A stretch of DNA of 64,000 nucleotides from Laetmonice hystrix (taxonomy: Eukaryota), in the NCBI GenBank assembly GCA_965235115.1, contig OZ249448.1, positions 17,174,001 to 17,238,000 of the forward strand. Reading direction: 5' to 3'. How positions within the stretch are numbered: position 1 is the first letter of the stretch; each line of letters opens with the position of its first letter. Below are positions 52,633-64,000 of this stretch, piece after piece. The notes under the pieces are model-generated. The model saw only the letters and a program-made list of their open reading frames with translations. It was not told the origin of the DNA and made no database searches. The position numbers and the translations under genes were made by a program.

Positions 52633-54705
52633 AATTCTTAAGGCATTCATGCCTGCAGCAAGCAGGACATTAAAAGTTTGTGCCTGGTTGAGACATGTTG
52701 CTTGTAGCACAGACGACAAAAACCAGTATGAAGAAACGTTTCCAAGATTTTCAAAGCGAGTGTTATGTATAATGGCCAGCTCTGTGATATTATTCTCGCG
52801 CCGTTGCTTTGGAAACAAACACGTTTGTGGTGGTGTCCACCAGAGGCGCTGTAAGTGGCCTCGACCCCCCCCCCCCTCCCCCACAAACACAGTAAGGGGC
52901 CCCGTGCCAGGTGGTGAGCGGACTGGCGGTCGGCATTGACTGTTTTCATTGGCCGAATGTGCCAATAGCTGGCTTCAATTAACCGCTCAGCCTTCATGCA
53001 TGAGGCGGTACCGGTGGGACAGAAGAGAATTTGCTGAGATTTAAATCCGGCCCCGCGGCAGGTGTACCATTCTTCTCGAGAAGAAAAGGCCTTTGGGTTC
53101 GATCTCTGCGGCGCGCCATAAGGATCACCCAGATCTGGCGGCGTGTTCGGACTGGGGCGAGCAATGGTGAGAGAAGCCAACTGGTCATATCACCCAGCAC
53201 AGATAAACCGACCAAGCTGCTAGTCATCCAGACAAGCTGAGACTGATGGTGCCGTCAATGGCTGCAGCTCTGACAGTGTTCCCATTCCCCCTAATCTTTA
53301 AAAGATTAACTCAACAAAAGAATAATTATTTACGGATGATAGAATGAATCAAGCCTACAAGTCGTTTTCTAAAATCGGTATGGCTGACAAAATTTGGCAG
53401 TCGTGGTCGCTGTAAAAGGCCAACTAACCCTACATCAGGTCATCTACAGCCATCTGGAGAACCAGCTAGGCCTAATTAGTGTTGTAGATACTTTAGTCGT
53501 TCTTGGATTGTGTATTGGTATTTACGAAAAGAAAGTCATTGTAAAAAGTTATTTGAGAAACAGCCAGGGCACTGGAGATTCTTGTATAACGTTTAGGAAA
53601 CTTTAGGAATAGAATTGTGAATCCATTTATCTTCGGTAATATACGACCGGAAGTACGGTCATCCACCCGACGTCCCAGCTATGGAAATTTTAAATATTTT
53701 AACGTTTTAGTAAAATCGATGTTTCCATGACCGCATGGCAAAAATAAAACTATATTCGCGACGGCGGACATCAATAACATATCAAAGTTTACGTATGGTT
53801 TCTTAATTATTCAGATAACAATTTCATTTTCGTTATGTCTAAATTTTGTTGAACGTGTGCCAGTGTACCACGGCAGGTAAAGAAATACACTCTAATTAGG
53901 CTATGAGAGATTTAACAGGAGTCCGATGTATTTTAGTATATGAATGTTCAACCTTCTGTACTCTTTCTCTATCTTATTTTACCAAACTAACCTTTCCCCT
54001 TGTCTACCGTTTAATATGTTAAATGTGGGAGTGTGCCGTCAGACTGGTATAATATGGTCCAGTTCTTGGTATTACAGATCAAGCCTCGAAAGCTAAATCT
54101 CTCCCGTTCTGTAAATTGTTCTTTTGTTGAATTCATCTGATCATGTTATATAGCCTTATAATGCTCACTCATTCGTACTTAATATATGTAACTGTGATCT
54201 TTTACTCTTCACAGCCACCGTCCAAATTCTCCCACCCACCCACACGTTGATATGACAGTGCCACCATCAGTGGACTGTGAACAATCGGGCTTTCATCCTT
54301 TGATGTACGTTCTGTTTCCTTGGTAACACCATATCCACGTGGATGGAGATGTTCCGGGAAATGGGAACTCCCAAGTAGCCTTTTCATTCGTTGGTACTCA
54401 CACCAAACCCGTCTCAACCATCAAGTCCTAACAGAATCACATAATACACCTGACTGTATGTACGATGGTCGCATAAGTCGAGTCGATCGCCTTCAATAGA
54501 TGGCTGACAATAGCCGGCCTGAATACATATTATCCCTGGCTCTGATGGTAGACCTGCGTTCCTGAGTGATGTCTCAACTGATGACTGGCGGGTACCCGCA
54601 TACACGTGGTCGTGGGATATAGGGGGATTATACACTTACCTTTAACTGAACTTGTCTGCAGTCCAAGACCGGTCAGTCGGGGCTGGATCCCGTCTCAGTG
54701 GCTGT

Positions 54706-54745
54706 TGTAGTAGTTGTAGTAGTAGTAGTAGTAGTAATAGTAGTC
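54706..54745. repeat. (AGT)n microsatellite
   Basis: Direct reading. Confidence 0.88.
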
Positions 54746-57700
54746 GTGGCGTGTGCCCAGATTACCTCTGGTTTGTTCCAATAGCCGGTAAACGACCGTC
54801 ATTTCTAGGCCTCACTCCATGTGTAATATCAAGGGCACTATAGTAATGACATTAGAGGCACGTTAGCGTGATCATCCTTCCTCTCACTGTGCCAACATGT
54901 ATTCAGCAAAACGCCGTGTACCAACACCCCGCTGATCTCAGACTATACAAGCTTGGACTGAACTCTTTGGCCTACCTTAATGGTCGTAGCAATATTAATG
55001 CTCGCTTAGAAATGGTGTAGAAGTCAGCGTTGTTTCACATTGTGTCAGGATGTTTCCAGTCGTACATTGAAATCCCTTGAAGCCATTGGTGACAGGAAGG
55101 CATTCTGGCGTGTGTATAGATCCATTGATGTGTCGCCGAAATGCCGTTCTAACTAAGCTCGTCAGGACGAGCTGATGTTGGCAGATGGTGTTCTCTCCCG
55201 GCAGCAGCCCGATCAGTCGTCCCGGGTGTCTGTAGCCACTAGACTCTCGTCGTTTCGCCGATCCGAACCGCTGCAGCCATCGCTCCTTTGACCTACTTCG
55301 CCGGCGAAAATAGCTTCACGAAGGTCCGACAATCGTACATTGGCTGCCCGTTCCGACATAGGCTATTGCTGTGTCGGTCCCGTTTGCTTGCCTACCAACT
55401 ACGCATCCACATTAGAATTAGAGCTGCAGGAAGGCTTGTCTCGATGGCGTCGCGCGGTCGCTGACTGCCGCGCGCTGTGTGCACTCGGAGACGAATCGAT
55501 AGCGGGGACGGCGGGCGGCGGCGGCCGACTTCATCGGTCTACTACCGCCCATCTCTCTCTGAATAATGTCCACCATATTCGCTGTGACGTAATAAGGCTA
55601 GCTCCAGTTTGCCATGACAACCATCCTGTGTAGTGTGGCGCTGTGTTTACGGCCTACAGCCCGTCGCTGTGGGTTCGTTCAGCGGGAGAACATACGACCA
55701 GATGTTGCAGTCGTCCACAGCCGACCTTTCCCAGTATTGCTGTGTAGGTACGCCCGCTGGCTGATGGCGTTGCTTTCTCCCGATGGAGGTTGCTGGAGAG
55801 AGAGGATGTACTGCGATAGGATGGCGATGTCTCGGTGGGTCGAGGCAGAAACTACCGGAGCAGTTCGACCCAGCCAGGATGGCTTACTGGCAGCACGAGG
55901 TTGGGCCGTAGCCGCGGGCCTATAGGGTCGGCCTGAGCGCGCGCCGTGGGCGGGTTACCTGTCAGGAGCAGATAAGGATGTCCTCCAGTCCCCAATCGCC
56001 CTCGGCCCCATACACAGGAGGAGCCTGATGTGCTACAATGTTTGGCCTGGAACGATAATCGCCTTCCGAAATGTATGGTGATGTCGGAGAGCGCGGCAAA
56101 CAGGCCGAGCTAGACTCACGCCTGTCTACTTCCGCTCATGCGCCCTCTCCACCGAGGGCGTGGCCGGTGACTAATGATGCATGCGGACACCGAGCCGTAT
56201 TACCTCTCTCATTGTCTCCGCTTTCTCTCCCTTCTCACCGAGTATTTCTCTAACTATACGTATGATGTGTATAACACCCAACCAATCACACCCACACCCC
56301 AGACACCCACACGGATCGGGTTGTCCACAGACAAGTAGGCAGTCATCTTGGATCTCTATAAGGAGATACAGGAAGAGAGCTTTATAAGGCACATGACCTA
56401 TTATAATACCTTTATAGGAAACCCTTGATAGGATATTATGTGTAACCCCCAACAATTCTGACCAATGCGACCACCGTAACCCTGATCGCCTTGGCATACT
56501 TTTATAACGAGATTTTCTGCATTTCGAAATGGCAAATTCCTCCTAGGAAAAGGCGCACTTACGGGGCTGAGAGAAACCTAGGAAGATCGGCGTTTACTGC
56601 AGGAATATATACCGACTGTATGGCCTACTGACGGGGATTGTCCGATGATCCCTGTCAGATCGGTTCGTACACCCCACAGTCAGGCAAATCCCCCACTGAG
56701 GCTGTCAAAACCATTTATTTGATTAAAACCAATAACAACCTTACACTCCATGTTGGCTGGAACAAAACAAGTCAGACATGAAATTCTTACTATCTATATT
56801 ATTAAAGCCAACCTTAAGGACCTTAATTGTTTATATCGGCTTCCTTAGTCACCATATGGCTGGCCTCTCGTCAGCGAATTGTAGTTAATTATAAAATAAC
56901 ATCAATACTATTCAGTCGATATTGCATTATGGCGCGATATCGATACGGTTTTATACCATGATAATAAGCCCGAGGCCCAGATGATGGTTATACGGCATAG
57001 AAAAGTTATATCTAACTGGACCAAGGTTGCAGCAGCTGTTCAGTCCCATGACTACTTCCTTACCATGAGCGGCAGTGGATGGGTGGAGTTGCCACATTCG
57101 CTCGAAGGTCACAATATAAATTATAGGGTGAGAAAGACGAGTAGCTACTCTCCAGGTTTAATGATTATGCGGACGTGATGTTTTAGTGAGACAGGTTTTA
57201 CTAAATACGGCCTAGCACTCTCTAAGTGAAGGGTTTCAAGAACATCTGATATACAGACATTTATTATCAATCAGATTGGGAAAATGTGCCGAGACGTATT
57301 ACTATTACATATTTGGACATACCGAGGTGAACAATAATCGGATGTCAGAGCCGAGATTAAAGTTATGAATCAATGATATCTTAAACACCTTGAACCCAGT
57401 CTAGTGTAGCACATCAGACCACTTGACTGAACCACTTAGTCGATCTTACGTAGTCAGCGACCTCTTGACCTATAATCATGTTAAGATATTATGGCCATGG
57501 AAGTTACTGTAGGACCTGCAGAGGTCCAGCCAATTACATAGTCAATTTGAGGCGTTGAACTCGTTGTGACAGGCGAGCTAAATCCGACACATCTTCCTAC
57601 GCCGTTCGTTATTAACGACATCGTTAACTTGTGATAGCGATTTGTTTAACGAGCGGGTGCCATTCACTGCGAGGTACGTTAACAATGGTTTGTGACGGAG

Positions 57701-59136
57701 GAAGACAATGCGTGATTAAAGCAAAGACACACAAAGGGGAATAATTATCTCATAACAAAAGTAAGTCTATATCCTGTATCACACACTAGCGTATTATGGA
57801 GGGGAGTGGTCCATGCCCCTTTGAGTTTCTAATTACAGAGGCCACTGTTGAAAGGCTACTACTGTCGTCCCGTTCGTTTAAAAGTCCTCGCTCCGTGTTT
57901 CCCCCTTCATGGTTTTCAAACTCCGCTAACGGAATCACATATCTCAGGGAATTCAAAGTGAGACTGCACACAACCCTTACCTGTCGAGGTCAAGTTTCAC
58001 ATGCGCACTCAGTCACCCCGACACAGTACTACGGCTGAACACTGCCCTGTAGACCCCCAGTACCTGTAGAACCAGAAATGTGCACGAGGCATTCCTGGCG
58101 TTCTGCAGAATGACACCGGTTTGTCTCTTTTTACTTCATTTACTATCCAATAAATGTGCCTGTCAGATGTAAGGGGTGAGGGTAAACCCCCTCTAGCCTC
58201 CCGGCTCCGCCATCCCCTAGCATTCACCCGACTCCAAGGTCTGGTTTGAGGATACACAGATCTACCAATGGTAGCCAGAAACAGCTCGGGGCACGACGAC
58301 CAGATTGCACGAGGAATTCTCCTGCTACTGCCATTCGTCCCGCCAGGGGGCGTGTACGTCACGGGCAGGACGGAGACTGACTTGGCATGGAACCCGTTTT
58401 CGATGACGCTCAATTAAGGAAGAGGCCTGGTCATGTCGTGGATAACAACAAGGGCAGGGGTGTGGGTTGGCATTACATCATTAAGGACGGTCGAAAATAC
58501 AAATAATTCATGGCAGTCTTCTCAGCAGCCGGCCCTGGCTGCCGTCCTCCCGTAAGGGGTGTTATAAATAAAGCATGAGTCCCGCTAGGAGTCATGGTTG
58601 TGTCATCTAGTAACGTATCGTCATAGTAGGCACAATGGATGAACCCACTGGATGGGCACAGCGTGATACTAACAACCATTTATCTCCTTACAACAACATC
58701 ATTCCCTGCCGACAACAACATTCTGTGTGAATTATGGATAAATGTGTAAATTATTGTATGATTGAACTGTCAATGAAGTGTGCGGGTCGTATGGGGCCCA
58801 CATAGAACATACATCTGTCTTCGTTACCTTCATACTCACATAACCCTTAAACATAGGTTGGAAACGCTGCAAAATATGTCAGAAACGCTGCAACTATTAC
58901 AGTGTATATTACAGTCAAAGTCGGAATGGTCCATGTTAAGTTCGGAAGTAGCGTTTTCTGCGATGTACAAAGCCATCGAATCTGACACATTATAGATCTG
59001 TACCTTTTGACCGAAAGAGTTTTAGGCGGCAACTCCCCTCGTGCAACAAATCGTTCTATACCTTTTGTGTTTAGGCTATTGAGAACTCAGCAGGGTCGGC
59101 TATGTTTAGATTAGCTCCAATAATACATACATACAA

Positions 59137-59377
59137 AGCTAGACATGGACAGGGACACTGTAACCCTAAGTAGGCTATATAAGTTTATTGACCAGATTAC
59201 ATATTACATACACTAGCTAGACAAGCAGATGGTATTTGTTACCATAATTAGGCTACAAGAGCTAGACAAGGACAGGGTATGTGTAACTAAATCTATACGC
59301 TACCATAGCTAGACATGAAAACCATATCTATAACCTTATGTCGGCTACGATAGCCAGACAATGGCCGGCCAGGCTAC
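59137..59377. repeat. Old, diverged tandem repeat, about 46-bp period
   Basis: Core AGCTAGACA/AGCCAGACA at 59137, 59215, 59260, 59307, 59352; GCTA(C/T) recurs shortly upstream of the next core; the intervening DNA is only partly similar. Confidence 0.7.
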
Positions 59378-59671
59378 ACGTAATGTAATGAGTTGTTAAT
59401 TGTCTCGTCCATGCCTATACTACAGACCAAGAGGACACACCTGATCATTTTAATGGAGTAGGCTATCCAATATATTGTTGGATGGTGGGTACAATGACTG
59501 TCAGTCATACACGTGCGGGTTGCCGCAGATGGGGAACTGTTAATTACTTAATCTATATTCACACTGATTACCATTGTTGGGAGTTCTTAGACTGCAGGGT
59601 TAGGGACGGGCCACCCTGAGGGAGTGTCAGTGTACCACCTAACACTGCGCTAACGTGTATGGGCAAGACAC

Positions 59672-60120
59672 CGGGCGCGCAGGCCCCGGTTTTAGAAAGG
59701 CTCTAAGCAGCAAGCTTAAGCTAAGCAGAGCAACGCCAGCCCATACATAGACCTGTCGTCTAGTGTTTTTAATTTTCTAGATTGATTTTCATCGATATTC
59801 ACAGTGATAATAATTTAACTGTGGTGGTGATATTTTCACCGCGGTGATATTTCCACTGCTGTGAAAATCATGTAGCAAGTGACTGTGTCCTCGTGGGCCA
59901 CCGTACCCCTGCTTAACGTCAAGCTTGCTGCTTAGTATAGAGCCTTTCTGAAACCGTGCCCAGGGGGGAGAGAGTTCCGGGGGTCGACACCCCCCTCAAG
60001 AGCCTTTATTTTTTATAGGTTGATATTGACGCACGCCTTCGGCGCTCCTGGTGTGGGGGGTTGACCGCCACATCGTTGCCCCCCCCCCCTCCCCCGGGAA
60101 AAATCCTGTACACGCGCCTG
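59672..60120. mobile_element. Outer CAG...CTG-type MITE, split by the Harbinger-like insertion
   Basis: Right end AAAAATCCTGTACACGCGCCTG; reconstructed left end CGGGCGCGCAGGGGG; poly-G/C tracts and a CGCC-TTC-GGCG hairpin; flanks AAGACAC and AAGACGT. Confidence 0.55.
59683..59960. mobile_element. 278-bp MITE, PIF/Harbinger-like, about 45-50-bp imperfect TIRs, 3-bp TSD CAG
   Basis: Left GCCCCGGTTTTAGAAAGGCTC-TAAGCAGCAAGCTT versus reverse-complemented right end GGCACGGTTTCAGAAAGGCTCTATACTAAGCAGCAAGCTT; CAG at 59680-59682 and 59961-59963; 3-bp TSDs are typical of PIF/Harbinger. Confidence 0.8.
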
Positions 60121-60662
60121 AAGACGTTGTTGTAATTGTAAAGACTGGACTCATGGTCTGTGCAGTAGATCATGGTAAGATACGTTGGCCATATTGCTTA
60201 CTGACTACACATCGTTAGATACATGTGTACTTGTACACTGTGGACCATGGCATGGCCACTCGTAGCCTGTCGGTAGATTATTAGCATTAATCGTTCATCT
60301 TTTTGATCTTGACATCTGAATATCTTGTCTATTCCTATCCTGATCCCAATCTTTCCTATCCTGATCCCAATCCTGATCCCAATCTTTCACTCCTTATTCA
60401 GCCTGTCAAACATCCTGGGTTAGGCCAGACGATGTTTTCACCATGGATGCAAACATCTTTCTCCCCCTCACTTCGTGTCTCATGATCATAACATCGCATA
60501 CACCACACCCCAGCCACACCCCCACACAACTCCCCATGGTATAGAATGAGCTCAGGAGGAGGTGGCTGAGGATGGGAAGGTGGCAGTACCCTGACTGTAT
60601 ACTGTCTCCCAACGTAATCCACACTCCTTACGCTCATCTCGATACTGTGTGGATCACCGAGA

Positions 60663-60950
60663 TACAGGAGAGAGGGGGGCAGAGAGAGAGAGTGGAGAGA
60701 TAGGGAGAGAGAGAGGAAGAGAGAGAGAAAGAGAGAGGGGAGAGGGCGAGAGGGATAGAGTGAGAGAGAGTGAGAGAGAGGGAGAGAGAGAGGGAGAGAT
60801 AGGGAGAGAGAGGGAGAGAGAGAGAGAGAGAGAGAGAGGGGAGAGCGCGAGAGGGATAGAGTGAGACAGATTGAGAAAGAGAGGGAGAGAGAGAGGGAGA
60901 GAGAGATAGAGAGGGATAGAGGGAGAGAGAGGGAGAGTGAGAGAGAGAGG
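60663..60950. repeat. Imperfect (GA)n microsatellite
   Basis: Direct reading. Confidence 0.93.
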
Positions 60951-61599
60951 GGCAGACGTCGACTGCTATCTTTCTGAAAGAGAGACTATAGACTGTCAAT
61001 CATTCTGATGTAAAAAAATATAAAAGGTGACCTGTAAGAATTATTGAGGTTGATGGATAACGGATAAACATGTATTATAATGTAGGCCTATATTTTAATC
61101 GTACTCCTCCATGAGCAAAAAGCTCCCAGAACAAAACAAAATAGTTTTAATATTCATTTTTCTTGAATGTTATTCATTTCCGTGGTTACGAGTGACAGGC
61201 CTGCTACATCACTGAATGCACGCGCAGGTTTCATACAATATTTGATCATGTATAACTACAAAATATACTATAAATTGGGAGCCTGTTCTTTCTCCTAGCT
61301 TGGCATAAGTGGAGCAGCTGCTCGTGTTGTTATGTGTGTACAATTACCTGCAGCTGCCTGCTCCATTTATTTGACCATTATCGACACGCACCTCCGCGTC
61401 ATGCAGGCTTACATACCCCCTCTGTAATCCGACATACACGCCTGTAAATCTACCATTCCATGCCCTCCCAATCCGGCTATACAGGGAAACTTGACTTTGG
61501 TCGTGCTGTGGGTCGGCAGCGTGTATTATATCCGAGTCGTTGAATATACGACTGAATCCCAACATGCCAATACAGGGCAGAGTTTGTGGATAGGTAGAC

Positions 61600-63150
61600 G
61601 TTGTGCACATCATCGCTGCTTCTGATTGGCTGTTTCTAGGTCATATCCGGAGGCGAACAAGGCCTCGGATGTATGAAGCCGCCATTTTCCCCGGATTTGC
61701 GCAAACCTCAGTGAAGCGGCATCGCGCATGAATAGATGAGAGGTAAATAGTCGAATTTCCCCCTACGCACAGCCACATGGTTCAAATATAATTTCTCAAT
61801 ATATTTATCCTTCTTGGATTTTCGACCGTGGAGGCAAAACAGTTTCTACACGGCGGCACCACGTGAGTTTGTTGTTGTCTACATCCGGGCTACTGATCCC
61901 GACCTAGCCACCCCCCCCCCCCCCCCAACATGGCGACCTCCGTCGTACAGCCGAGACATGACGAAGTCAGCCGACGATGAGCCGAGTGAGACGGTGTTCT
62001 CACACGACCGCCATCTACCAGACAACTTCGGCAACTCACGGCCAACACCAGCGGCGGCTGGCCTAATTATTCGCAAGCCGCCATCTCAAATTGAATGTAT
62101 CAAGATTTTACCGATTTCTTTCGAGTAAATTAGGATTTAGATGGCTTATCATCAGAGACTGACCGCAGCTGTTCTACAACAGATCCACATTATGCCTAAT
62201 CTGTTTTAGATTATCTCGGGCCGACCTTGTTTCGTCCCAGTCTTAGTGAGCGAATCGAGTTAAACGAAAAAGGATACATGGGAACTGCATTCAATGCCAA
62301 GTTTATACTGATCTAGGGTATGGAGATGTAATTTTTGTAACTAACAGCAGTAATAAAAATGTTGGGGTTCTTTAAGGTGCTTTGTGTTAGTACATCCTAC
62401 AGTTGTATATTTCGGGCTATAGATCCAAAACTAATTGAAAACACACGAAACTGCAGAAACAAAGCAATGTCTTATACGGAAATCGTACACGAAGAGTCTA
62501 ACTTCGTCTGAATTAAAATAAAAGTAAGAAAAGAAACGTTCTGAGTTCTTCATGCTCACCAAATTCTCTCTATGTTTGACACATGAACGGCATCTAGGAA
62601 CAGATCCTAATACTAAAGGGCACACGTTCTCTGGCCTAATAAAGCTTTCACAGGTAGGGATCACTAAACCCATCCCAGTTTGAGTGGCGGAAGTCGAGGT
62701 GTTTCTGCAACATAAAACAGCGGGGGAGGGTGGTGTCTAACTGTATAGGCCTACTCAACCTCACACCGTTTACTGAAGGTCATGGGCCATGAATAAAGGC
62801 GCCAATGGCGGAACCAAGCGGAACTTGTTTTGATGCTACGTATACTGCCTTGGATTCACGAGAAGAAAATTGCCATGTGATCTGAAAAGAACGCCCTCCC
62901 GGTGGGGTGGAGGAGCGGGGGGGGGGGGGCGGCCTTGCGCGGTCGTGCCCTCGACGGCCGTTATGTCATTACTGGCAGACGAGATCACGCTGCCATTACT
63001 GTTGCTAACGTTTAACAGAGCGCAGGTGCGGTCGCCGACGACATTTCCCGCCATTTTTGTCGAGAACCTAATGACGCCATCACACACCTCTCCAATCGCG
63101 CCTGCGCCGATTAACGTCAGCTGCGTTTCCGGTTTAACCCAATTAGAGCG
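61600..63150. promoter_or_regulatory. CpG-rich promoter-like region, possibly bidirectional
   Basis: YY1-like motifs AAAATGGCGGC (minus, 61678-61689), CAACATGGCGAC (plus, 61926-61937) and AAAATGGCGGG (minus, 63047-63058); CCAAT-like CTGATTGGCTG near 61622; raised CpG content. Confidence 0.3.
62836..63054 (-). CDS. Candidate first coding exon MAGNVVGDRTCALLNVSNSNGSVISSASNDITAVEGTTAQGRPPP...; product unknown
   Basis: ATG in aaaATGg context within the CpG-rich region and an open frame; no convincing donor and no recognised domain. Confidence 0.15.
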   Translation of the reverse strand: MAGNVVGDRTCALLNVSNSNGSVISSASNDITAVEGTTAQGRPPPPAPPPHREGVLFRSHGNFLLVNPRQYT

Positions 63151-64000
63151 GGTTTGATGGATTTAGGGCATTACGGCACGACATGAGTAACAGTTGTGGC
63201 TCCATTGTCCGAATTCCTGGCTTCGCTCACATTGTAACGGAAGCGACTGTTGAGCAAAAATCCCAACGCAATGCCCACTCAAGGTCAACTGGCCCAGCAC
63301 AAGTGTAATGTAAGCTGGCAGGGCAGTCTGTCCGTACCAACCAAACGGGCAATCTATTTGTGAAGATCAGGCAGGGGGCCGCCTTCGCTTGATGAATTAG
63401 ATTCCTATATTGAGTGGGAATTGATTGGGGGAGGGGGGCAGGCATTCAGCCGATCCCGGATCGCCGATATCATTCCACTAGAATCTACTTGACGTCGTTT
63501 GTTAGATTTATGAAGGAACCCTGCCTTGTCTACGATTCATCCAGAGCCGAGTGTTGGAAACGGTATGTACATATCGGAATGTCCCCAGGTAATTGCGGAT
63601 TCGAGCCCAGGCAAAGAGAGCACATCGCCCCCACAGAGCTTGCTTCAATTTTGTTATAAGGTATTAGCAGTGTTAATGTAGGTTGGTTATCTCAGGGCTG
63701 CTATATGTTCAATGTTGGCTCGAGAAGACACGGATGAGGCTAGGTTTATGGCTAGACTCAATGATTAGTGAATACCATGAAAGAGTTCCTGTCTTACCCT
63801 CTGCACTTATCGCTATACCATCACTCTCACATTAAACCCAAGGAATTTGCTGCCAAAATAACCACCAACAACCCCCCCCCCCTCCCAAATGGATTAAGAA
63901 AATCGCTCATCATATTTCGCGCTACGAAAGAACACGGCAAATCCTCTCTCTTTTGTTATCCAGGGAACGCGAGTAGAAGGAGGCTGCGAGAGGTGAAGCG

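Noticed and set aside
59137-59377. CRISPR-like repeat/spacer look of the AGCTAGACA repeats
   Set aside because: The conserved core is too short and the linkers are mutually similar, so this is a decayed tandem repeat
24200-63620. B-box-like GGTTCAATT/GGTTCGATC/GGATTCGAGCCC motifs (24248, 53097, about 63596) as tRNAs or SINEs
   Set aside because: No A box at the right spacing and no cloverleaf could be folded

Overview
Eukaryotic, probably invertebrate-animal genomic DNA. The origin is inferred from canonical GT-AG splice-like signals, microsatellites, MITEs, assembly gaps and the absence of prokaryote-style gene packing. About 14-15 kb (roughly a fifth to a quarter) is some 20 unrelated, mostly very homogeneous minisatellite arrays with units of 11-93 bp. 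Nearly all long ORFs in the supplied track are by-products of these arrays. The best-supported mobile elements are a 170-bp MITE with a perfect 5-bp target duplication inside a 76-bp minisatellite, with the empty site visible in neighbouring units, and a nested pair: a PIF/Harbinger-like MITE with CAG target duplication inside a second CAG-ended MITE. No protein-coding gene could be named. Several small minus-strand exon candidates have good splice signals and compatible phases, and there is a CpG/YY1-motif-rich promoter-like region near the right end, but these are low confidence. Two minisatellites (63 bp and 93 bp) have in-frame units and abut splice-acceptor-like sites, suggesting exon-derived or exon-embedded VNTRs. 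No rRNA, tRNA or CRISPR array was found.
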